Of a DNA stretch of 64,000 bases, positions 1-10,754 are shown in pieces. Source of the DNA: Octopus vulgaris (lineage: Eukaryota). The stretch's first letter is position 1; the number at the start of each line of letters is the position of its first letter. The DNA is taken from the NCBI GenBank assembly GCA_951406725.2, contig OX597824.1, forward strand, positions 51,522,001-51,586,000. Reading direction: 5' to 3'. Position numbers and translations under genes: made by a program. The notes beneath the pieces are model-generated. The model was not told the DNA's origin, searched no databases, and was given only the letters and a program-made list of their open reading frames with translations.

Positions 1-3000
1 CACCATCACCAACACCAGCACCAAGACGAACAACACCACCTCCAACAACAACAACCACCACCAAACCAACACCGACAACCACCACCAAACCAACACCGAC
101 ACCAGTACCTCGAAGGTCGACAGCAGCGACATCAACAGTAACAGGAGCAGCGGCACCACCGATACCGGTGGAACCAGAAACTTTTCGTCCTGCTACTGAA
201 GCAGACCCCTCAACCATTCCTTTGCCGGATGAAGAGTCGGATTGTGCGAGCTCTGATTCCAACAAAGGAGAATGGAGTATAGTGCCTCCAAAGAAGAAAA
301 GGAGGAAGAAACAAAAGATTTACAGGGGAAGCACGAACAAATAGTGCTTCCCAACATCAACAACAACAACAACAACAACACACACTCACAACAACAAACA
401 ACAACAACACTTTCGACACCACTACTGCCACTGCCACACACACAAACACACACAGACACAATTACATCAATAAACACAAAGAACCAAAAACTAGTGGAGT
501 ACTTAAAAACAAAACTAGTACAAATATAACCGATTTCATCATACCAACACAAAACACACCACCAGCACACATTCTCACAATAAAAATAAATGCAAAAACA
601 TATGATGAAATCAAACAAATATTCCCTAACGATGTGGGATCGCTAGGGAAAAGTTTCTCGAAGAAACTTTACAAAAACATTGTGGAAGCACCCGTGCAAA
701 AGCACAAGGGAGCCACCCCCACCACCAACAACAGTAAGTAGAGCCTTTTTTCTCCTTTTTTTTTCGCCCTAACTTTTGAAACATGGCAAATCTTAGAATC
801 GGTTGCTTGAATGTGAGAGGCCTCGGGTCACCTTGGAAACAGGGTCACCTGTTAAACGACCTGAGGTTTCATGATGTGGATGTAGCAGCCATCAGTGAAA
901 CCAGGCTCTCCGACCCGCAGGAACTCGCAGCCCTTTTCGGCGGATACGAGATATTTCTATCTCCGTGTCGGCCGGGAGCGGGCGGTGGTGGTACTGCGGT
1001 GTTGTTTCGGAAGGGCCTGGACCTGAAAATAAGGACAGTCTTCTTGGATCCGGAAGGTAAGTTGGTGGTCCTCGACGTGGACGGTAGTGACGGTGGTGCT
1101 TTCAGACTGCTGGCTGCCTACGCTCCGACAGGAGCAGGGCTGTCGGATTATTTCAAACGTCTGGAAGTTTTCCTGGGAATGTCACGCACTCTAGTACTTG
1201 TTGGGGATTGGAACGCTGTCTTAGACGAACGTTTCGATCGGGTGGGCAGGGGAGCGTCTGATAGGAGAGGGGGAGGGTGCAAGAGCCTCGCCAACCTACT
1301 CGGCCGCTTTCAGCTGTCCGACAGGTTTCGACTAGACAACCCGAATGTGCCAATGTGGACTTGGACAAACCGCATCGGGTCGTCTAGATCGTACTTAGAT
1401 AGAGTGTTTTGTAGGCCAGCGGATAAGGACAGCGTAGGGTGACCACAATTCCACCTAGTCGAATATACGGACCACAAATTAGTGATCTGTACGGTCGACT
1501 TAGATAGGCTACATAGACAGGGACCCGGCTACTGGAAGCTGAACGCGTCGTTAACGGCGTGCAAAGCTTACAGAGACCGGATTAGTTTACTAGTTAAGCG
1601 GGCGCTCACGGGGGCAATCATCAACAACAACTGGTGGTTTGCCCTCAAGAGAGCAATTAGAGTAGAGTCGATTAGGTATAGTAAGACTCTAGCTATTGAA
1701 CGTAGGAAGAGAGAGTGGGATTTAGTTAAGAAACTAGACGAGGCTCTTGACACTGGCATCGCGACCGACGTGTTGGCGGCAAGGTTGGCCCTCGACCAAC
1801 ACTTCGACGCCAAACACGAAGGCTGCGTTGTCAGAGCTAAGGCACGTTCGCTAAGCGGGGAGGGGACTAGAGCCGCTCGATGGGCCCGCGTGGCGGAGGC
1901 GAAGCGAGGCAACAGAGCAACCATTCGGTCTTTGGTGGACCAGAACGGGCGCGAGGTTACCCAACCGAAGCAGATGTGTACGGTGCTTCAGCGGCACTTT
2001 GCTCAGCTGTGTGGGACGAGCGGTGGAACGGACACCAACGGTACAGACTTCGGTGTGTATCTGGACGGACTGCCGCAACTCTCGGACAGCGAGGCAGAGT
2101 GCTGCGAAGGACCGATATCTGCCTGGGAAGTACAGGAAGCGATGAAGAGTTGCACGAGAGGTAGATCGCCGGGTTTGGATGGTCTGCCCTACGAGCTTTA
2201 CTTTTCAATGCCAGACTTGTTTGCGGACCTGTTGGCAAACGTCTACTGCAACTGGCAGCAAAACGGGAGAATTCCTGCTTTTGTCTGTCGAGGGGTGGTG
2301 GCTTTGCTAAAGAAGGACCCAAACAAGGGGGACGTTATAGGGAATTTCCGGCCCATCACTCTGCTCAATGCAGAGTTGAAGATTTTGGCCAAGGTGCTAG
2401 CCAAGAGATTGGCGCTTGTCGTGGACAAGCTGGTCGGCAAGACGCAGACATGCGCCGTGCCGACCAGGTCGATACACGTCAACCTCCATCTCATGCGCTA
2501 CATCATAGAGAGGGTGGGTAACGACGCTGGCGCGGGTGGGGCTTTGATCAACTTGGATCAGAGTAAAGCCTTCGATAGGGTCGACCATCGGTACCTGGCA
2601 GCTGTCCTCAGGGCAGCCGGCTTCGGTCCAGTCTTCCGCGGGTGGATCGCTGCTTTATACAGCAACATCTGCTCGGTGATACGGGTGAACGGTCACCTTT
2701 CGGAACCGTTCGACATCTCGCGTTCGGTCCGCCAAGGATGCCCTCTCTCCTCCCTCTTGTACATTTTGACTCTCGAGCCATTACTGCGCAAGTTGGAGGC
2801 TTTGAGGGGTATCCCGCGCGATCTAGGAGGCGGAAACAGCGTGTCTGCTTATGCCGACGACGTCACCGTGGTGGTGTCGAGCCACAGGCACATTGGCCTG
2901 ATTGGCGAGACGCTAAACCAGTACGAAGCGGTGACAGGGGCAAAGATTAACGCGGAAAAGTCCGTGGGCTTGCAACTGGGCACCTGGAGAGGCAAGCCCA

Positions 3001-4471
3001 TGCCGTCCAACAGCGTCGTAGGGCGCTGGACAGACGGACCCGTTAAACTGCTCGGGGTCTGGTTCGGTCCGGACCTCCAGGTGGATAAGAACTGGGAAGA
3101 GGTGACGAGCAGGGTGGCACGTCTCACCCAGAAATGGGCCGAGAGGAAGCTGTCCCTGAAAGGTCGAGCGGAGGTGGCGAATGCGTACATCGCATCCGTC
3201 ATCTATTACCGCTTGACCGTCGTCCCTTGTCCCGACCGCTGGTTGGCCAAGCTGGTACATCTGCTCTTCGACTTTTTGTGGATCCATCTGCTGTCAACGA
3301 CCGCTGAACGGAGGCCTTGGAATGCCGTGGTTGCTGTTGCGCAGACATGCGCTCAGGCTGCGGCATCTCAAGCGCTTCCTAGACGGTGAACAGGTGTGGT
3401 CGTCTTTTGTCAGACGCGATTTTCCGCAGCTCGTCTCTTTGACGGAGCTGCAGACCTGGATCAAACGTAGACCGAGAAAGGGCGCTTGGCACCTCGAGTG
3501 CCGTCAAGCCCTCTCCGCCCTCCACCAGGCGGGCAATGCGGTCGGTTACAGCTCCACTCTAGCGTTCTATAGAGGGTTAGTGGAGGAAAAATGCGACGAC
3601 GTTCTCGGGGAAACTCTAGGCGTTGAAGACGACGAACTGAGCGGTCTGTTCGGGAGGACTTTCGGGCCGGGGCCGATGGATAATTTCCAGAGGTCTCTCG
3701 CCTGGCAGTGCTACCGAGGGGCTCTGCCTGTTCGAGATAAACTCTACCGGCACGGAAGTGCCGTCAGCCGGGCCTGCCCGAGGTGTTGCCAGGACGATGA
3801 AACCGTTCTGCACGCACTCGTCCAGTGCCCGAGTATTGGTGAAATATGGGTTTATGTCGAACAGCTACTGTCACGTGTAGGACGGATCCGACTATCGGCC
3901 GAATCCATAGTGAAGATTGCCCCGCCGACCTCCTTTAACAAGGAGGGCGAGGCCGTTTTCTTGTGCCTAGTGGCTGTGGCGAAAGAGGTGGTGTGGTGGA
4001 CTCGTTTGAAAGGGCTAAAGACAGACACTTTCCTCTTTGGTCAAGGCCTCATCAACTTTTTCAAGTTTCACTTGAAAAGGAAGATGAGGTTAGAGAGGAA
4101 AGTGCTGTCCGATAGCAAGTTTTATGAAAGGTGGGTGAATTGTGCGAGACTGGCCTGTATAAATGGACCAGTTCTCAGGTTTCGCCTGTGATTTCAAAGA
4201 AAAAGGTAATGTAAAAGGAGAAGAAAGGGGACTCTCTACACCCCCTTTTTTTGACCAGGCTCCCGTTGGCTTTTGTAGGGTTTTTTCCACCAGGAACCTT
4301 TCGAGACGTCTCCCCCTTTTGGGAGTTTTTCATTGTTTTAATAATCATTGTTTTAAAGTTTTTTACACGGATTTTTTAACAAACGGACAAAACCCTTTGT
4401 AACCTTTCGTCCTGTCTTGTCCCTTTATGTAATCATGCGTGTCAGCCCTTGTGGCCAATAAAAAAGAATTG

Positions 4472-4501
<30 letters not shown>
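1..4501 (+). mobile_element. Tx1-clade (L1 group) non-LTR retrotransposon, copy 1 (5' part lies outside the window)
   Basis: ORF1 C-terminal remnant ends at TAG 739-741; ORF2 spans 783-4191; 3' UTR has AATAAA at 4457-4462 and an (ATT)n tail at 4472-4501; colinear with copy 2. Confidence 0.93.
783..4191 (+). pseudogene. ORF2 of Tx1 copy 1: APE endonuclease, reverse transcriptase and C-terminal zinc finger, disrupted
   Basis: APE motifs CLNVRGL, ISET, VGDWNA, YLDRV and TDH; RT motifs PGLDG, FRPITLLN, DQSKAFDRV, RQGCPLS, YADD; CPRC..ETVLHALVQC zinc motif. In-frame TGA at 1440-1442 (TGT in copy 2) and a 26-bp frameshifting deletion near 3281 relative to copy 2. Confidence 0.92.
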
Positions 4502-4502
<1 letters not shown>

Positions 4503-4723
4503 TTTCTTTCCGAGAAGACGGACGTGTGTGAAGCTGCTCCGTAAGTTTTCTGCAAATTTTGTTGGAAATCCTGTGAAAAGTTTTTATATTTTTCGATATT
4601 TGTGTGACCAAGCCAACTAACTTCTAGCAGAGCTAGTTGGCTAGGCAAAATTTTACCCCATTGGGGGTAAAATCACTGTTTCATATTTGACTTTTGCATA
4701 CATTTCACTCACAAATTTTCAAA

Positions 4724-5850
4724 ATGGCTATGAAAAGAACTGGCTGTTCTCTCCTTCAAGCTTCACCCCCACCACACGAAAAAATTTCATTAGCGGCTCC
4801 GAACCGCCCATTTCGTGCCTTAAAAGGCAAAGAAAATATTCGGATGGAACGTGCTGGAAAACAAAACGTTCCAAATGAAAATGAAAACGAAGGCGTCACT
4901 TTTGACGTCTTCGAAGATTTCCCTCCTCTTCCCTCTACCAGCGTCCCAGTAGTGGAGAAGGACGGAGGAAAGACCGTTGCAAAGAAAATCAACAAAGATG
5001 GCGTCATCTTTGACGTCAAGAAAGATGTTCTTTCTCTTCCTTCCATCAGTGCAACAGTACCGGAAAAAGAAGAAAAGAAAATAAAAAGCAGCCACACCGA
5101 CACAACTACCAGCAACAACACAACAAGCCACCATAGCAATTTTGTCTCCATCTGCGAAAGTAAACTCGGAGGAAGTAAAAGTTACAATAAATGAAATAAA
5201 ATCCGCAAAAGAGTTGTTGAGAAAAGAGGGAAACAGTGTTTCCTCAATACACCTCAAAAACTCATAAACGAAACAAATAAAAAAACAGTAATTTACAAAG
5301 TTTTCGATAAGAAAAACAAAAAGGTAACAAATGCAACACCCCAACAATTGGAAATAGCTCTTAAACCCATATGGGCCAAAAAGAGCTGTGTCACAAGAGG
5401 GAAGCGTTACGGGACCGTGGAGGTTCGCTTCCCAACGGAAGATGATGCAAGGGCGCATGCCATTTCGCCCTTGCAAAATGAAAATTTGTTTCTGGTCCCA
5501 TCATACCTTGGGCGGAGAGTGCAAAAAATTAAAATTGATATAATGCCTCCCGAACTCAGTATATCATGGCTGGTGGTGGCTGTCCTCTATGACATAGAGG
5601 ACACTGACACTATTCTAGATGTACGAAGGGTGAAAGAGAAGAACTGGTCAGGTATGGGTGTTCAACTGCTGGTACAAATCTAGCAGGAAAACATTAATGC
5701 CATACCTGACTCGGTTAATTTACCAGACGGAACCAGGCTGCACGTTACTGTAGAGGGGCGAAAGCCAAAATGTTACCTCTGCAGTAGCGAAAACCACCTT
5801 AAGAAGGACTGCCCCATTCACAAAAAAAGAATGGAGACATACGGCAAGAG

Positions 5851-5881
<31 letters not shown>

Positions 5882-6656
5882 CAACAGAAACAACAACAGC
5901 AAGTTACACCAAAGACTGCCACACCACCAACACCATCACCACCACCACGACGAACGACACCACCTCCAACAACAACCACCAAACCAACACCAACCCCAGC
6001 ACCAAGAAAAACAACAACAAAAAAACAAGAAGAAGAAACACCAACACCGTCACCATTACCAAAAGACACCGCTACCAGCAGAACCAACAAAATTTTTTCG
6101 CCCTGCTGATGAAGTGGACCCGACAGCCATTCCCTTTCCGGATCAGGACAGCTCGGATTGTGCGAGCACTGATACCGAGAAAGGGGAATGGCATACAGTG
6201 CCTCCAAAGAAGAAAAGGAGGAAAAAACAAAAGGACACACAGGGGAAGCACGAACAAATAGTGCTTCCCAACATCAACAACAACAACAACAACACACACT
6301 CACAACAACAAACAACAACAACACTTTCGACACCACTACTGCCACTGCCACACACACCAACATACACAGACACGATTACAGCAATAAACACAAAAAATGA
6401 AAAACTTGTTGCGTACCTAAAAGACAACACAAGTACAAACATTACAGATTTCATAATTCCAGCACACAACACACCACCAGCACACATTCTCACAATCAAA
6501 ATTAACTCAAAAACATACAGTGACATAAAACAAATATTCCCTAACGATGTCGGATCGCTAGGGAAAAGTTTCTCAAAGAAACTTTATAAAAATATCGTGG
6601 AAGCACCCGTGCAAAAGCACAAGGGAGCCACCCCCACCAACAACAACAGTAAGTAG
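4724..6656 (+). pseudogene. ORF1 (gag-like nucleic-acid-binding protein) of Tx1 copy 2, disrupted
   Basis: ATG at 4724; RRM-like segment GTVEVRFPTEDDARAH; CCHC knuckle CYLCSSENHLKKDC at 5771-5812; poly-Q and Thr/Pro-rich linker; final stop 6654-6656; broken by stops or frameshifts near 5194, 5683 and 6109. Confidence 0.82.
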
Positions 6657-6701
6657 AGCCTTTTTCTCCTTTTATTTTTTTTTCTTTCCCACCTTTGAAA
6701 C

Positions 6702-9700
6702 ATGGCAAAACTTAGAATCAGTTGCTTGAATGTGAGAGGCCTCGGGTCACCTTGGAAACAGGGTCACCTGTTAAACGACCTGAGGTTTCATGATGTGGAT
6801 GTAGCAGCCATTAGTGAAACCAGGCTCTCCGACCCGCAGGAACTCGCAGCCCTTTTCGGCGGATACGAGATATTTCTATCTCCGTGTCGGCCGGGAGCGG
6901 GCGGTGGTGGTACTGCGGTGTTGATTCGGAAGGGCCTGGACTTGAAAATAAGGACAGTCTTCCTGGATCCGGAAGGTAAGTTGGTGGTCCTCGACGTAAG
7001 ACGGTAATGACGGCGGTGCTTTCAGACTGCTGGCTGCCTACGCTCCGACAGGAGCAGGGCAGTCGGATTATTTCAAACGTCTGGAAGTTTTCCTGGGAAC
7101 GTCACGCACTCTAGTGCTAGTTGGGGATTGGAACGCTGTCTTAGACGAACGTTTCGATCGGGTGGGCAGGGTAGCGTCTGTTAGGAGAGGGGGAGGGTGC
7201 AAGAGCCTCGCCAACCTACTCGGCCGCTTTCAGCTGTCCGACAGGTTTCGCGAATGTGCCAATGTGGACTTGGACCAATCGCATCGAGTCGTCTAGATCG
7301 TACTTAGATAGAATGTTTTGTAGGCCAGCGGATAAGGACAGCATCGGGTGTCCACAATTCCACCTAGTCGACTACACGGACCACAAATTCGTGTACGGTC
7401 GACTTAGATAGGCTGCATAGACAGGGACCCGGCTACTGGAAGCTGAACGCGTCGTTAATGGCGTGCAAAGCTTACAGAGACCGGATTAGTTTACTAGTTA
7501 AGCGGGCGCTCACGGGGGCAATCATCAACAACAACTGGTGGTTTGCCCTCAAGAGAGCAATTAGAGTGGAGTCTATTAGGCTTAGTAAGACTCTAGCTAT
7601 TGAACGTAGGAAGAGAGAGCGGGATTTAGTTAAGAAACAAGACGAGGCTCTTGAGACTGGCATCGCGACCGACGTGTTGGCGGCAAGGTTGGCCCTCGAC
7701 CAACACTTCGACGCCAAACACGAAGGCTGCGTTGTCAGAGCTAAGGCACGTTCGCTAAGCGGGGAGGGGACTAGAGCCACTCGATGGGCCCGCGTGGCGG
7801 AGGCGAAGCGAGGCAACAAAGCAACCATTCGGTCTTTGGTGGACCAGAACGGGCGCGAGGTTACCGAACCGAAGCAGATGTGTGCGGTGTTTCAGCGGTA
7901 TTTTGCTCAACTGTTTGGAACGACGAGCGGTAGAACGGACACCAACGGTGCAGACTTCGGTGTGTACCTAAACGGTCTACCGCGGCTCTCGAACAGCGAG
8001 GCAGAGTGCTGCGAAGGACCGATATCTGCCTGGGAAGTAGAGGAAGCAATGAAGAGTTGCACGAGAGGTAGATCGCCGGGTTTGGATGGTCTGCCCTACG
8101 AGCTTTACACTTCAATGCCAGACTTGTTTGCGGGCCTGTTGGCAAACGTCTACTGCAACTGGCAGCAAAACGGGAGAATTCCTGCTTTTGTTTGTCGAGG
8201 GGTGGTGGCTTTGCTAAAAAAGGACCCAAACAAGGGGGACGTTATAGGGAATTTTCGGCCCATCACTCTGCTCAATGCAGAGTTGAAGATTTTGGCCAAG
8301 GTGCTAGCCAAGAGATTGGCGCTTGTCGTGGACAAGCTGGTTGGCAAGACGCAGACATGCGCCGTGCCGACCAGGTCGATACACGACAACCTCCATCTCA
8401 TGCGCTACATCATAGAGAGGGTGGGTAACGACGCTGGTGCGGGTGGAGCTTTGATCAACTTAGATCAGAGTAAAGCCTTCGATAGGGTCGACCATCGGTA
8501 CCTGGCAGCTGTTCTCAAGGCAGCCGGCTTCGGTCCAGTCTTCCGCGGGTGGATGGCTGCTTTATACGGCAACATCTGCTCGGTGATACGGATGAACGGT
8601 CACCTTTCGGAACCGTTTGACATCTCGCGTTCAGTCCGCCAAGGATGCCCTCTCTCCTCCCTCTTGTACATATTGACTCTCGAGCCATTACTGCGCAAGT
8701 TGGAGGCTTTGAGGGGTATCCCGCGCGATCTATGAGGCGGAAACAGCGTGTCTGCCTATGCCGACGACGTCACCATGATGGTGTCGAGCCACAGGCACAT
8801 TGGCCTGACTGGCGAGACACTAAACGCGTACGAAGCGGTGACAGGGGGCAAATATTAACGCGGAAAAGTCTGTGGGCTTGCAACTGGGCACCTGGAGAGG
8901 CAAGCCCATGCCGTCCAACAGCGTCGTAGGGCGCTGGACAGACGGACCCGTTAAACTGCTCGGGGTCTGGTTCGGTCCGGACCTCCAGGTGGATAAAAAC
9001 TGGGAAGAGGTGACGAGCAGGGTGGCACGTCTCACCCAGAAATGGCCCGAGAGGAAGCTGTCTCTGAAAAGTCGAGCGGAGGTGGCGAATGCGTACATCG
9101 CATCCGTCATCTATTACCGCTTGACCGTCGTCCCTTGTCCCGACCGCTGGTTGACCAAGCTGGTACGCCTGCTCTTCGACTTTTTGTGGAAGGGTCAGGT
9201 GCCACTGGTCAGGCGATCCATCTGCTGTCAACGACCGCTGAACGGAGGCCTTGGCATGCTGTGGTTACTGATGCGTAGACATGCGCTCAGGCTGCGGCAT
9301 CTCAAGCGTTTCCTGGACGGTCAACAGGTGTGGTCGTCTTTTGTCAGACGCGACTTTCCACAGCTCGTCCCTTTGACAGAGCTGCAGACCTGGATCAAAC
9401 GTAGACCGAGAAAGGGCGCTTGGCACCTCGAGTGCCGTCAAGCTCTCTCCGCCCTCCGCCAGACGGGCAATGCGATCGGTTTAGTTCCACTCTAGCGTTC
9501 TATAGAGGGTTAGTGGAGGAAAAATGCGACGACGTTCTCGGGGAAACTCTAGGCGTTGACGATAACGAACTGAGCGGTCTGTTCGGGAGGACTTTCGGGC
9601 CGGGGCCAATGGATAATTTCCAGAGGTCGCTCTCCTGGCAGTGCTACCGAGGGGCTCTGCCTGTTCGGGATAAACTCTACCGGCACGGAAGTGCCGTCAG

Positions 9701-10124
9701 CCGGGCCTGCCCACAGTGTTGCCAGGACGACGAAACCGTTTTGCACGCACTCGTCCAGTGCCCGAGTATTGCTGAACTATGGGTTTATGTCGAACAGCTA
9801 CTGTCACGTATAGGACGGATCCGGCTATCAGCCGAATCCATAGTGAAGATTTCCCCGCCGACCTCCTTTAACAAAGAGGGCGAGGCCGTTTTCCTGTGCC
9901 TAGTGGCTGTGGCGAAAGAGGTTGTATGGTGGACCCGTTTGAAAGGGCTAAAGTCAGACACTTTCCTCTTTGGTCAAGGCCTCATCAACTTTTTCAAGTT
10001 TCACTTGAAAAGGGAGATGAGGTTAGAGAGGAGAGTGCTGTCTGATAGCAAGTTTTCTGAAAGGTGGGTGAATTGTGCAAGAATGGCCAGTATAAATGGA
10101 CCAATTCTCAAGTTTCGCCTGTAA
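6702..10124 (+). pseudogene. ORF2 of Tx1 copy 2 (APE-RT-zinc finger), multiply disrupted
   Basis: Same motifs as copy 1; frameshifts near 6997, 7250 (11-bp deletion), 7392 (5-bp deletion), 8846 and 9481; TGA at 8733-8735. Confidence 0.92.
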
Positions 10125-10754
10125 TTCAAAAAGGTTTTATAAAAGGAGAAAGGGGCTCTCTACCCCCCTTTTTTGACCAGGCTCCCGTTGGATTTTATGG
10201 GTTTTTCCACCAGGAACCTTTCGTAACGCCTCCCCCTTTTGGGAGATTTCCATTGTTATAATCTTTCGTTGTTAAACTGTTTTTACTCGGATTTTTACAA
10301 ACAGACAAAACCCTTTGTAACCTTTCGTCCTGTTTTGTTCCTTTATGTTTAGTAATCATGTGTGTCAGCCTTTGTGGCCAATAAAAAGAATTAATTATTA
10401 TTATTATTATTATTATTTGAAGTTGGGGTAAGATGGAATATTTGCCTGGCTGTATCACGAGAACGAGATTTTTTTCGTTGGTCTAGTTTACTAAAGAATC
10501 ATGAATATCATTATATAATATATGCTGCGTGTTCGTTCGTAGAAACCAGCTTTAAAATGACAGTGGGACTTTATTCCTTCGTAAAGTGGTACAGTGGACC
10601 AACGCAAGAAGCATTACAAATTCTGGTGGTTGTTGTTCATCCATCGTTTTGATAATTCATCTTGGGTCATCGTTGGTTACATAAGCTCCGTTATATTAAT
10701 TGTTCTCTAAAACAAACAAAAAAACGGCAGAATCTATATAACTTTCACCCCTCT

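Larger units (their letters stand above)
4502..10417 (+). mobile_element. Tx1-clade non-LTR retrotransposon, copy 2, apparently full length (about 5.9 kb)
   Basis: Starts directly after the copy 1 tail; 5' UTR, ORF1, 45-bp spacer, ORF2, 3' UTR with AATAAA 10380-10385 and (ATT)n 10394-10417. Confidence 0.93.

Noticed and set aside
5852-5900. Poly-glutamine tract suggesting a host gene
   Set aside because: It lies inside Tx1 ORF1, just after the zinc knuckle
1153-9746. Numerous antisense and alternative-frame ORFs over Tx1 ORF2
   Set aside because: Expected shadow ORFs in GC-rich coding sequence; they recur only because the element is duplicated
10418-10754. Possible snRNA, rRNA or tRNA target sequence flanking the Tx1 copies
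   Set aside because: No recognisable U2, 5S or tRNA sequence by eye; an Rfam search would be needed to exclude it fully
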